Origin: Antedon mediterranea
Taxonomy: Eukaryota > Animalia > Echinodermata
Assembly: GCF_964355755.1 (NCBI RefSeq)
Contig: NC_092670.1
Location: forward strand, 25,282,795-25,346,794
Direction of reading: 5' to 3'
Length of the DNA stretch: 64,000 nt
Shown one piece after another: positions 25,115-40,100 of the stretch. The position numbers and the translations under genes were made by a program. Below the pieces are notes generated by a model, which did no database searches, was not told the origin of the DNA, and saw nothing but the letters and a program-made list of their open reading frames with translations. Within the stretch, counting starts at the first letter, position 1. The number at the start of each line of letters is the position of its first letter.

Positions 25115-28100
25115 CTATGAATTTTGTGCAAAATAATGATTGACAGCTCTGTTGACGTCATAGTCTGCAGCAATTGCAAGAACCACAAGATCTTTATGTG
25201 CAATATCTGTACCAATGATATCACGTAGCTGAGCTATACATGATTCCAATTCAGCCCTGTGTTCTTCTTCTTCACTTTCAGATGTTGAATCGGATCCTGG
25301 TCTATTGAAGGTCTTAACAAAAATTTTAAAAAAATATTTATAAAATACAGAAATATATAAAACTATTTTGGGTCAACATTGAGACCCAATGAAGTGTCCC
25401 CTTAAGGTGTGTATCCAAATTATTATATTGTATATATGGTTTAAGCACTTTACAGTTTGTTATAGTAAAAAATATTTTGCCAACAACCAACCAATTGAAC
25501 AGTACTACCATATATTTACAGCATTTGTCTCTCTAAAGCATTGTTTACACTATCAAACAAACGTGTGATATGCCCAAACATGCTAGTTATATGACATTTT
25601 TTTTTTTTACAAATTTTGATTATGTAGACAGGGCTTAAATTATAAAACACTATATGCTACACATTCACCTAATCCAATTCATAGCTTTAACCAACTGATA
25701 TTCTTTTTTGATATTTATTTATTCATTTTTAACAATTTTTCTTATTTATTACACGGGTTGTGTGTCTTACCCTTTCATTGTATTTGAGTGGAAGAATTGT
25801 GTTTGTAAACCCAGTGGAATCATCCGAATCAGAATCAAAACCTGCTGCTAGGTGTCTCCACTTATTTACAGGTGAATCACTGTGAAAGAATATTCAAAGG
25901 TTTGTGAAAAAAGCTTCTATCATTTGTGAAGTTTCTTATACTCGGATATAATGGTATTGATTATAAATACTTACGTTCTCCAGGTCACAAGGCTGTTGAC
26001 CTCATCCTGCAGATGGTCTGGTAGATCTTCAAACACATCAGACTCTAGTATACTTGGATGAATCATAATATACCGCAATGAAGCTTCCTAAGGTTAACGG
26101 TTAAAGGACAAATTTATATATTTTTTACAATCAGTGAAATTAACACATTTTTCACTTCTAAAGCTTAGTTCCCAGTTGACACAATGACATAAGCTATAAA
26201 TAATTTGACCAATCAAGAGCCATTGGAACATACGAACTGTCACTTGTGACTGGTCAAACTCACTTGTGTTATGCCTCTGTAGTTAAAGTATGAACCAAGT
26301 TTAAAGTATAAAACCAGTGGCTCTTACACGAAGATGTTTGGCATGAAGTTGATCAGCCAGACTCAAAAGAAAGAGGACGCTGTCATCATCGATACGTTCT
26401 CGTAGTACATACTCACATGTTGTCTTTAAGTCATCTACCTACAAAATACAAAAAAAGCGTTATATTTTATTAGTAATTTCTATAACATTTAACACATCTA
26501 CTCTATAATGACAGTCGTCACATCTCTGTAATGCTTGAGAAATTTAAAGTAAAACTTGAAACTTCTACACACCCAACATATCTACTATTCTTTTCTTGAG
26601 GTCCAAAAGGTTCCAAATTCTAAAAACACATTCAAAATACGAGACTTTTCAGAAAACCAGACCTATTGGACCAGCCTAAGGTTGCCCAATATTCTGAGAG
26701 TTGAATGTATATAAAATATTGCTATCAACAACTCTTTCTGGTAAAGTATAACTCACCTCAAATCTGTCGCAGAGTGACAGCATGTCGGCTAGTTGATTGA
26801 TTGACAGGGTGTTTGTCTGTAACTGACCGGTGTAAAGGTACGCTAAAAACTGCTTAAACAAATCTGCATCAGCATCGTGTACAGATATCTTTCTGTGGTT
26901 AAAAAAAAACACTCATAAAAGAGTTAATACTTTGATCATAAAAAATAAATATAGAGTGGAATGCCTTCTTGCATCGACTATTATTTTTTTTCTGTAATAT
27001 TGTACAACCTTAACTTTTTTAAGAACAAAGATACAGATGTATATTACAAATTAATATAATAACGAGATTCTGTTTTTTTTTTCAAACATTCCTTTTACAG
27101 TGAGCACTAATATTACTTGTTATGACTATGCAAATTTGTATTTAAAATTGCTTGCTTTTTTTAAACAATATAGACACTGAAATATAAAGAAGGGTCAACG
27201 CTTGCGGACGCACCATATTAATTGTTTTATGCTACAATTTACCCGATAAATATAGGCATATTTTGCATTTATTTGCCATCGTGCATCGTTTTTTTTGCAT
27301 GCATGCAGTATTTTATTATGCGCCTCAAATGACACTAGAACGCGTCAATGTAGCCCCCGGGTCGGGAAGATCCTGGCACCACCTCTGTTCCCCTGCCTGA
27401 ACTCCATTATATTACCATACCTGTCTATACTTTCTTTCATACCGCTAAGCAGAGCTCTTCTAAACCAATCACACCTTGACGCAATCACCACCCGATGGGC
27501 TGGTATCAGTTGTCTGTGCTCTTCTAGTTCTGTACTGTGTCTTTCAAGAGATCGACCTTTGGAATGTTCAACTACTACATCTGATGGCTCCTCTAGAAAA
27601 CCAATGCAATATAATAATACATAACTGTAATAATATTTATCTTTTTTCTATTCTCAAACATCTAAACCCTGTCTAAACAAGGGGCAAAACACACGTGACT
27701 AAAAAAATAGGATATGAAAATTTTTTGCGTTCACTGCAAACGTCAAGGGAAGTCCCAGATGAAGGTACTTCAGGTACGCTAATAAATTCTAATTCTAATC
27801 AATTAATGCAAATAAAGTATTATCAATTAATAATAAAAGTTTGACAAAAACGAAGCTGCTTCTATAAATACACTCTTATTTCAAAGTTCTACGGAAATAA
27901 CATTATTCATTATCATCAAATCTAATTTTTTTTACATGAGTTCCTTATCTTTTTTTAAAGAGGATCAAACAAATTGGTTATTAAATCTTTCAATGCCCAA
28001 GGCTTATTTGAGAAATACTTGTACTTAATTTTTATCTCCAAAGTTATAATAATGAACAGAAAACTAATGGTGATGATGATGGTGAAAATAATAATGACAA

Positions 28101-31100
28101 ATGACAATGATAAAATGATTATGGAATAGACATCTGTTACCTTTGATACAAACTACTTCAAAGTGCATATCTGTGTCTGTGTGATTGTCCAGTAATTTGG
28201 CCATACACTTTGCTAGGTGACTTTTACTGGACTTAGGTGACCTGCACAAGGCATCCAACATCCTGGACTAGATTATCAAAGCAAATATTAACCCTTCTAC
28301 AAATGGATTATTTTAGCTTTAATGTAATTTTATAATGTATAAGTAAATGTAAAAGACGGTTTATACTAATTGATTATTTATGGATATTTTTGTGCATTCT
28401 AAGTCTACATTTTACTAGGCCTTCTTTAAAACTTTTGATTCTTTTTTTATTTATATATCTTTTGTGAAATGTCACTAATGAAATAACTTTGCATTTAATA
28501 AACATAATTCAATACCATGTGTATACCTGCTCTATTGATCTCAGTGGTGACCTTACATGGCTATTTAAAGCAGTAGCCTCACTAGTACTGGCCTCAATTC
28601 CTGTAACTTCTCTTGTAACATCTTCAAGTAGGCCTAGCGTAACCAAGCCTGCTTTGAATGCTTTTCTGTCCACTAATTGACACATGTGATCCAGCACTGG
28701 TTTTAACCCTTGCTTATTCATTGCTGCACGTTGTAATGCCCAAGACTAACAGTAAAAAAGACAACATCACAAATCAATTATTACAAACTTTTAACAGGTC
28801 AATGCATAGTTTAACAGGTCAATGTACAGTTAAACAGGTCAATGCACAGTTAAACAGGTCAATGCACAGTTTAACTGGTCAATGCACAGTTTAACAGGTA
28901 AATGCACAGTTAAACAGGTCAATGCACAGTTAACTGTTCAATGCACAGTTTTTTTGTTTTTTGTATTGTATTAATATTTGTCCTCAGTGAGGAAATTCGG
29001 ATTAGGCCCTCCACGGACCCACGGCAGCCAGCAGTGCAGCGCCTACCAGATTAGGCAATGAGAGTAAAGCATCTTGCCTAAGGATGCAATTAGTATGGTA
29101 CAGATAACCTCGAACCCATGCCTATCACATGCTAGTCCGATATTACCATTACACCATCACTCTCCAGTATATACAGCACCCGCCACGATTTCTAGACGGT
29201 CTCCCATCCAGAACGCAACCGGGCCCAATGTTGCTTAACTTTGGTGATCTGACGAGAACCGGTGTTTCAACGCAGTATGGCCGTATCTAACAGTTTAACA
29301 GGTCAATGCATTAACTGGCAAATGGACGTTTTTTCCAATTTTATTTATTATTATACTGGGTGACCTCTTCAGTCAAAGACTGATCTTCCAAATGGCCCAG
29401 ATATGATCAGTGGCTGTGAATGACAGTGCCTGTATGTGTATTATATAGCACCTAAATAAATGACATTTGATTGGATAATTGTGGGTCACATGGCATGCAA
29501 TAATATGCACTATTGAAAGATTGTTCAATAGTACTTTTTAGCGTACGGAAAAAAAAATGTTTGCGAAAAAAAAATACAAACATTACTGTGACAGCGCCAC
29601 CTATATGATCAACAATACAAACATTGACACATTGAACTCTAGTTTTGCGACGGAATTTTTGAAAAGATATACATACTAATTTAGGCTAAAAAAGCATTTA
29701 AATTAGCTTCAGATCGTTTGTATGATTTTGAACAATTGATGGACAACAACTCTCTACAAGACGTGGAATCGTTGGAAACACAAAATTAGCCTAGAACAGT
29801 TTCAATTTCCTGACGAAATTTCGTATTGGTATTTATTTATTTGCCTAGCTAGGCCTAGGATTGTTTTTTGGGAGTTTGTTGGTATAATTAGAACACTAGA
29901 GTTGGTGTGATTATAAAATCCAAATAATATATCATAAAAAACCAAACATATATAATTGTTTTGCAATGTAAAGTATGTTACAAAAGTTCAATGTGACTTA
30001 ATTGTAGGCCTATCTTTTATTGTGATTCAATCAATCTGATTCAAATGAATATATTTAAATGTTATATACAAAAAAATAATGAATATATTATTTTCGTGTA
30101 ATGGTACAAATAATGGCATTTGGTGAATAATGAAAGGTTATATTTCAACGAGTTGAAATATAACCTTTCATCATTAACCAAATGCCAAACGGAGCATTAT
30201 TCCCACCTCTGTGCGTAATATATATTTAAGAAAAACATGATATTTCAATACTAAAAAAAACATACTAAAAAAAAATACTAATTGAGATAATTGTGTAATT
30301 ATTTTTGTGGCGTGTGATGGGCAAAGGGTTAGTCTACAGTTAGGTATAAAAAAAATGTAATTTGCATATTGATGACGTCATGTGACGTCATTATAGGTAT
30401 TTTGGATTTTGTGTTTTTTATCGAATGATAATGATAAAAACTATATTTTCTATAAGAAATTCTTATGGAATATGTTTTTCCAACTGGATATTGATGAAGA
30501 TACGTATAACAAATAAAAATATTTAAAAAAAATGAATTATTTTTATTGTTTATAAAAATTATGCACAAATCAAAGTTTTGTGGCAAAATCGTGAAAATAA
30601 TGACAGTTTCCAAAAATTCACTATAGTACAAAAACTAACTATTGTTTCAAAATGTTTTTTTTTTGCGTGTTGTAATAAACACGATGTTGTCCTATTGGGG
30701 CTGGTAAATTTTTGTTATTTTCAAAATGGCCGCCACTACGCTACTCAAAACAACTTTCCAAGATAGAAATACTATTATTTATACTATACTATTACTATAT
30801 ATAATTAATTAACTATTATAGTCATAAATTTTAATGACTTGCAAAAATATTCAAAGAAATATTATAGGCAAATACGATTAAATCATTGTTTTGCCCATAC
30901 TTGGTATTACTGTGTATACGTATTTCAACGACGTCTGTTTATACCCGGTAGTACCGGGTATACGCAGTCAAAGGGTTAAGCAGTTATAACTTTCTTTCTT
31001 TTATTCTATTTTTCACACTTCAAAAATAATAAAAGTTATGTGAAACAATGATAACAGGTATCATCATAGTAATAAACATTAAGGTAATCAAACTAATTTA

Positions 31101-34100
31101 AACCAAATATATAGAGATACTTGTACTTTAAAAAAACAAAACAAAGAAGTGTGAAAGGAGGTCAAGCAAGTATGATACTTTAAGCTTGACCCCCTAACTT
31201 AATGACATCATAGCTACATCATATAAGAATTTAAATATGCTAATTAGAATGTTTAATATCAAATCTATATCTAAATCCAACTGTTATGGCGACATGGGGC
31301 TTTAAAATAGCAAATGGTGGCCATTATGAATTTATGCTAATTAACCCACTTCCCGATGTCCGATTTTGGTAAACTTTGAAAATGATGTTCATTTGGACCA
31401 TATCAACCAGATAAAACAAACAAAAATTCTGTTGCAATTTGGTTCAATCATACTTTCACTGGACTATTACCATTGTTTAGGTTGATCATGAAAATTTGTT
31501 ACCTAGCATTTTTTGTATCCTTTCACAATAATAAAGTGAAATCAAGTGAAATCTCACTTTGGGCATTAAAATCCTATGGAAATCCATATTTTCATACATG
31601 AATATATCAGTTTAACCAGTCAACCAATCAAACCACAGTTTAACCAGTCAACCCACAGTTTAACCAGTCAACCCAGAGTTTAATCAGTCAAACCACAGTT
31701 TAACCAATCAAACCACAGTTCAACCAGTCAACCCACAGTTTAACCAGTCAAACCACAGTTTAACCAATCAAACCACAGTTTAACCAATCAAACCACAGTT
31801 TAACCAGTCAAACCACAGTTTAACCAATCAAACCACAGTTTAACCAATCAAACCACAGTTTAACTTATCAAAATTTGTGAATGTTTTGAGATTGGCTTCT
31901 AATTACTCATTAACTTACTACTTTTGATGCTGCCATTTTGAACATGAACTTCCATGTTTTCAAATTAATGTCATTGCTAACTTTCTTTGCAAGTCTCTCA
32001 GTTCTATAGAGAGCGAGTGGAAACTGTAATTAAAATGGGTAAAGAGAAGTAAGTGAAAATGTGAACATTAGGAAAAAAAACTGTATGCTCAAAGATTTGA
32101 AAAAATATATAAGTATCATAAATTTATATTACAAAAAAAAGTTTAAGATGTATTGTCCCCCAAAAACATGAAAAATAAAGATTAATTAAATCAGACTTTG
32201 AATATGTTATTTTGTAGTTTTAATAAAGTTAATCACTTCCATAGAAAAAAAACGGAAAAAAAATTTTTCACTTGTAAAAGGACAAATAAATGGTAAAATT
32301 CAACCAAAAATCCATTGGCTGGCAGCCAATTTGACAATTTTTTGCTTTAAATTACATTTTTTTCGGGTAAATACACTTTTTTTCGATCTAATTTTTGGTC
32401 AAAGTGGATAAAAATTATGTTACAATACATTAAAATGGAATATTCAACAAAAATTTTTGTAAGAATTATTTTTTCAGAGGGACAATACATCTTTAAGGAT
32501 GTAAGCATTTTTTTCTGAAATGTTTTATTTTTGGTTTATTTATCACTTCCAATGTTTCAACATTATATATTGTCCATTAGCTAACAGATCAATTAGTCTG
32601 AAAGGTACGCAATTAGATAATAGACTACTTAAACCCACGCAATCAACATGTTCAATTAAGACCATTTTAACAAAAGTTTGTGCAAATTCTCGGTAGGTCG
32701 GTAGGAAGTAGCCAATCGATAGGCAAACTGATAAAAAAAAAAAGTTAATTTCATTTTTCTAGGCTACTGTTTTGCTTGGGCCGTAAAATAGGTATGAATT
32801 CAAATTTCAAATCTAACCAATCAAAACATTGGAATGTTTTTTAATTTTGTCTGAAAAAGAAAACATGTTAACACAATAAAAGAAAACCCAGACTTTATTT
32901 TATAACATCAATATATATTTATGCAAATATTTAAAATGGTTATTATTGTATTTACAAGATCATGTAATACTTTCAATTAAAATTGTTGTGTAATTACATA
33001 TATGTTGTGAACAACTCAATATTAACTTTAAATAATAGTTCAGTAGAGGAAAGTCACAAAACCAATGTTGTTTGATTACAAAACTTTATATTGTCATCAA
33101 CCACAATGTTTCCACTGATTACTTTTCTAGAGAAACACATTGTTGTCTTTGTCGTTGAACGACGTCAAACTTTACTTAAACTCTTACTTCACTTCCTACA
33201 GGTAACTGTCTCCCGTTTTTTTATTGGTTTTTTTTTGTCAATAGGAAAAAAGCGATGTTATACTAACAACAAACCTTTTTACTATCTACTACCACAAAGT
33301 TTGTTATATCACTTCTTCTAAGATGCCGTTTATGATTATGATTTAAAATATTTGTTTCAATGTTAAACAATCAATGTATTTCCAGTTCTTCAGGTATTAT
33401 TAATTTTTAATTTAAGCCAAAGTCAATATAAGTGTCAAGTTACAATACTGTACAGGAAAAAACGACCATGAAGCCTGCTGATACAGAAATGAACTTTATC
33501 CTGTCAGGTAAAAGTTTATAGTGTAGTGGCATGGTCATTCAGGAAGTAGAGAGTACATTTTCATGGCAAAGATGTCAAGAACATATGTTCATAACTTTCT
33601 CAAATGAGTCTTCAAACCTCAATGACCTTTAAGTTTGTGTCAGTTGTTATGGTACTAACAGATTTAACTGGAGAAATTCTGTAAACACCAAACGTCAAAC
33701 ATTTTAATAACTCGGTGCGAAACTGCTTTAAGGAAAGTGTGTAAATAAAAGGATTCACAACAAAATTAAAAACCGAAAAGTCTGAAGTTATCATCCAAAT
33801 GTATGTGCCGAGATCTATTCCAAAGACATACATTAATGTCAATACAAGTATTGGTAAAAAACATAGGATATAAGCAGTACTTACAGCTAAAAATACTTTA
33901 AGAGTTTTAACATGGATTGATGGTTGTGAAGGTGATGTCGTACTTATCGGTAAAACTACCCGCCGTTTAAGAAGAAGTTCACGAATAATACTACCATACA
34001 CGAAAGCCATTGTTAGTAGAGTTGATAAAAACAACAATAGGAAGATGGCACCTGACATAGAATATAAGATTATCAAATCTGTTATGCCACATATGACTTC

Positions 34101-37100
34101 ATACTCTATCTGAATTGGGACATACACCACAACCTGTGGGTTCAACAGGAAACCAATAATCCATGCAGACACTATCATTATCAATGTTCGTTTTGGTGTG
34201 TAATTAATCTCAAACCAAAATGGCTTCATAATAGCAAAGTACCTCTCTATTGTAATAAAAATTAAATTAACAGTAGAAGCTGCTGATATACTCCAGTTAA
34301 TGGCAAATAATGTACAATAAACTTTCAAGCCAAGTGGATCGATTAAGACAATATGCAGTAAGAAAACTAAACATCCAATTGAGTCGATAAGTGATTGGTT
34401 GAAAATAAACCAGCGAGTACTCCACCGCATTGATGAAATTCTGTTGATGACTACAAGAACAAGAATGTTCAGAATGAATCCAGTTACAGAAAAGGTACAT
34501 CCAACTTTGACAGCCACCCAGCTTTCTTCTGTGAAATTTAAATCCATCTTCTATGCGTGTAAATGCAAAGCACAGGAACCTTTTCTCTATTTTGTGAAAT
34601 TTGATTTGACAATGTTGATGAGTTTCACAATGCTGTAGATTGTTGAAAACAGCCAATGTGCTATTATGCCTTCAACTATAAGGTTTACCAACTGGTCTAG
34701 TTTGTTGAGAGATATCACTTTTAATTGAGAAATGTTTTGTTGTTACTGCATCACATGTCTACTGTACATTGGACGATTATCATGTTAAGAGAAATGTTTG
34801 TCTAAGTCCATAAAGACAGTCAGATTAATGAACCATTTTGTTTACCCAAAGTTTGCAGTCCCTTATAAAGATACCATCATTTCTTGATTGTAATGATCTA
34901 AAAGTATTTGTTTCAATGTTGAACAATCAATGTAATTGTATTAATCCAGATAGACATCTGCTGGTATTACTGATTTCTTATTTAAAGCCAAAGTTAAAAT
35001 AGCCAAAGCATCAAGTTACTGAGAAAAACTGACCATGAAGCCTGCTGATATATAGAAGCGAACTTAACTAAAGTTAAGTTTCAGTTTCTAGCAAATGTTG
35101 TATCAATCTTGAATAGTTATAGTGTTCATCATCAATCAATACATTTACAGTTCTACTGGTATTATTCAATAAAGCCAAAGCATCAAGTTACAACACAGAG
35201 ATCAAAATGACCATGCAGCCTGCTCTTCAGAACTTTTTCCGGTTAGGTTCAAATTCTGTTTGATAGTCCAAGTCCTTCTAAAAACATTTGATGAACATGG
35301 TTCTCCACAAAACTATCTTTGGCTGGTCTCACTTTTGGAGATAGTCATTATCTTCTTTTTAATTCTTTTTACAAGAAAACTTATGAATCAAAAACAAGAT
35401 TGATCAGTGTGTAATTTCTCATTGAACTAAATCTGTCATACAGATTTTGTTACCGTTTAATGGATAACGCCAGCAAAAACGTAGGACAGACAGTGTATAT
35501 ACTAACTTTGCCAAAATCTCAAAAATCAATGCATACAGCGATTGCTAATATTAGTAAGTGCTGGTTTGGCTTGTTCCAACAATGTTAATCAAGGTCATTT
35601 TGACAAAGAATAATTAAATTGCCACCTTCAACAAATTAATTAGGATAATGGACATAAATTAGTAAAAAGCAACAGGAATAATAAGTGATTAACTTGAAAG
35701 GTTGTTGAAACTGTTGTCATTTTTTAAGTAATTTTCAATGCTAAATTGAATTACTTCATAAACAAACTAGCTTCTTTAATAAGCCTGTGGCTATCATATC
35801 GTCTTATATAGAACATAACAAGTGTCATTTGAAGCTGTCTATCCATTAATCAAGCTAATTGTTGTTGAAGAAGTGTACACAAGTTGGTTTTTTTTCTACC
35901 ACTTCACTCCTTAAAGATGTATTGTCCCCCAAAAACTTAAAAAATGAAGATTAATAAAATCAGACTTTGAATAGGCCATTTTGTAGTTTTAATAAAGTTA
36001 ATCACTTCCGTAGAAAAAAAACCCCGATAAAATAATATTTTAATTTATAATATGACAAAAAAAACGGTTAAATTCAACCAAAAACCCCATTGGCTGGCAG
36101 CAAATTTGACTTTTTTTTCTTTAAATTACAGTTTTTTCAGGTAAATAATTTTTTTTTCCATCCAATTTTTGGTCAAAGTGAATAACTATAGTGACATTAA
36201 AATTGCGTAATTGAACAAAAAAATTGAAAAAATCATTTTTCAGGGGGACAATACATCTTTAATCTTATGATATTTATTTTGTACATAGGTTGTGCACACA
36301 AAAGTTTCAATTTAGAAAAATTGAAAATACATCAAACAATCTTATTTATATAAAAATGTTAAATTCATTTTTAATCCAAAGCCCAATGGTTTCTGCTTGT
36401 TGGACTCACTGCTCTAATTACAACTGAATGTTGTTTAATAAATAGACATAAAATAAAAAAACTTTTAATTCATTTTAAATCCAACTTTTATCAAGCTCAA
36501 TGCTTTCTCTTTGTTGCCATTGCAGTTCTACTAATATAATCTGAATGTTGTTTAATAAATAGACACTAAATAAAGACTTTAAATTCATTTTAATCCAACT
36601 TTCATCAAGCTCAATGGTTTCTACTTGTTGGCCTTACTGTTCTAATTTAATGTGAATGTTGTTTAATGAATATACACCAAATAAAGACTTTAAATTCATT
36701 TTTAATCCAACTTTCACCAAGCTCAATGCTATTTTGCCCTTGCTGTTCTAATTACAATTTGAATGTTGTTTAATAAATATACATAAAATAAAAACACTGT
36801 AATCAATTTTAATTCATCTTTTATCAAGCTCAAAGTTTTCTGCTTGTTGGTCTTACTGTTATAATTTAAATGTTGTTTAATGAATATATATATAAAATAA
36901 AAACTCTTTAATCAATATTTAATCCATCTTTATCAAGCTCAATGCTTTCTGCTTTTTGCCATCGCTGTTTCCAATTTTTTAAATGTTTGTTTATATATTA
37001 TTTGTTTATAACAAAATAATAAAGAAACTTTATGAAACAAAATACAAGTGATTAGTAATGTTTCAATCAGTAATAATAATAAATAAATAGTACAGTATTG

Positions 37101-40100
37101 TTGACAAGTCCTATTTGTACCATAGATAAAAATATTTTATTACACTCTTTTGAAGTGCTATTTTATTGTTTTAAACAACCAGAATTTATTTGAATTGAAA
37201 ATAATTGACTTACTTTGTCTATAACTTGCTCCATTTTCTGAATGATGGTATGGTTTTTTCCATCTTGTTGTAACCTATCAAATTGTTGTTTCTTCATTTT
37301 TAAACTGTGGAAATATTCTGCCAGCCAATCACGTACCGACTTCATTTTCATTAGCTCTTTCACATGTATTGCCTTCAATAAAAACAATGTTATGTTCAGT
37401 TTTTACCAAATTTAATTCATCATACTCACGATAAAGAAAGTGAAGCACTTACTCAGTAATAATAAAATTAGAAAATGTAGAAAAATAATTTCTCTCTATA
37501 AAAAAAAAAGATTTAAAGATATAATGAGTATTAAATTAAAAAAACATAATATTAGCACCTTACCTTTTTAACAGAACGACTTAGGAAATCTCCTTTTTTT
37601 TGGCGTGGCATCTGCTGAGCGGATGCTTTACAGATGCCGTCAAGAGCTCTCTGTATGTCTGTCACAAATTTAGTAACATGTTGCAGAACATCATCAATCT
37701 AATATACAAACAATTTATTACATACATCTGGTTACTTGATAGTAGATAATTTTTTTTTAAAGATGACCGTTAATGTCAACAGCAAATATGTATAAAGTTT
37801 ATGGTTATTTTAGAAAAAATTCATTGCTTATTGCGAGTTGTTTTATATTTAAAATTAGAAACAACCCTTCGGATAGGATATAAAGCTGTGTGAGCACAAA
37901 ATTACATAATAAAGAACTACACTGTTTGAAAATAGGATTGTCTGTTGAACCCACAAATGTGAAAATGCTTCATGTAATTGTTTACTAATACTATTAATTA
38001 GCAGTAAAACGTCCAACAATATCTCCTGTCTTGTCATCCAAAAACTCATTATCTGATAGGCTACTATCCGTATCCGGATATTCACCCCCTGGACATTTAC
38101 CCCCCGGACAACTACCCCCCGGACAACCACCACCTGGACCACTACCCCCTTAGGACAACTACCCCTTTAGGACAACTACCCCCGGACAACTACCCCCTTA
38201 GGACAACAACCCCCTTAGGACAACAACCCCCTTAGGACAACTACCCCCTGGACAACTACCCCCCGGACAACTACCCCCTAGGAACAATTACCCCCTAGGA
38301 ACAATTACCCCCTAGGAACAATTACCCCCTAGGAACAATTACCCCCCGGACAATTACCTCCCGGACAATTACCCCCCGGACAATTACCCCCCGGACAATT
38401 ACCACCCAGAAAACTATCCCGTTAGAACACCCTAACCACCCAGACCATTCAACAACCTGACTCTGCAACTATTAATTAATAACTATATTTTAATTCGTTA
38501 CTTTGACGAATTACTATTCATTATTGTAAACAAAAGTAAAAGATTGAACATAAATATAGCCTGGTGGTATAAACTGAAGATTGTCACACATGATCATAGG
38601 ATAGTCGAACGTATTATATAGTACTCCATGTATTTACTGTAAAGACTGGGTTCGCTAATAATAATAATAATTTTTGCGTCAGGACAATGCTTCGATAACC
38701 ACTGGTCTTAAAAGAATTAATTTTTGTCTCAAATTTGTCATATATGTATTTTTGTACACTTGAAGAATAATATCACTTTTGATATTTGACCTCAATGTTC
38801 ACTCACCGAATAAACGTCGATCTTTAAATAAATTCCCCTCAAATAAACGGTGACCATGTCACTCCCATGAAACATCATATGGAATAATCGGCGTCTATTT
38901 CCATTAGATTATACCCCCTCCCATTGAATAAACAACTTTCTTCCAATAAATGTCCACCTAAAAACCACATAAACAATAAACAGCCCAGGCCGTTTTTTCA
39001 ATAAATACGGTACTTTAAATCTAGCACATCTAGGGTCTAGCGTGCTGTTAAACAGAATAATCGGTTAAAAACGGGTGTTTCGAAACTAGAGACCCGAGAC
39101 CAGAGACCCGAGACCCAATACGAAAAGGGAGACCTAAATATACGAAAAGGGAGACCCACGTACGAAAAGGGAGACCCCACTATACGAAAAGGGAGACCCC
39201 ACTATACGAAAAGGGAGACCCTAATATACGAAAAGGGAGACCTAAATACTGTATACGAAAAGGGAGACCAAATATACGAAAAGGGAGACCCAAATATACG
39301 AAATGGGAGACCTAAATATACGAAAAGGGAGACCCACTATAAGAAAAGGGAGACCCCACTATACGAAAAGAGAGACCACACTATACGAAAAGGGAGACCC
39401 TAATATACGAAAAGGGAGACCCAAATATAGATCTCCCTTTTCGTATTGGGTCTCGTGTCAGGTCTCTGGTCTCCGGTCTCTAGTTTCGAAACACCCGTTA
39501 AAAACAGATGATTTCATTTTTACAGAAACCGGTCCTATATATTTGTCTACTTTTGGATTGGGGGGGGGGGGGTAGTTGACCGGGGGGTAGTAGTTGACCG
39601 GGGGGTAGTAGTTGACCGGGGGGTAGTTATCCTAAGGGGGTAGTTGTCCTAAGGGGGTGGTTGTTATCCTAAGGAGGTAGTTGTCCTAAGGGGGTAGTTG
39701 TCCTAAGGGGGTAGTTGTCCTAAGGGGGTAGTTGTCCGGGTGGTAAACAGCCGGGGGGTAACTGTCTAGGGGGTAGGTGTCCTAGAACCGCTACTATCAT
39801 CATCACCTCTTAATTCAAGAACCCTACTTGTGGCTGGCCTGCAGTCAACATTGCAACCTTCAGCATGTAAACATTGCTGTTGGACCTTTGATTATGTCAC
39901 GTGTTGTAGAGTCCTCTATCAGTCAAATTTTTAATTTGTTAATTAGTGAAAATAAAAATGTGGTTGCATAACGATAGTCAATATGTCCAACATGATGCGT
40001 ACTTATTCAGGAAAGCAACAATTCTGCTAGATCTATATAGTGTGAACGTTACGTGCCACAAACTGTATGACAACAACTGACCATTAAGGGAGTATAAGAT

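Noticed and set aside
30318-30979. piggyBac-like element ending AAAGGGTTAA
   Set aside because: Only right-end-like motifs (~30325 and ~30975, same orientation) were found, with no matching left TIR, so boundaries are unsupported.
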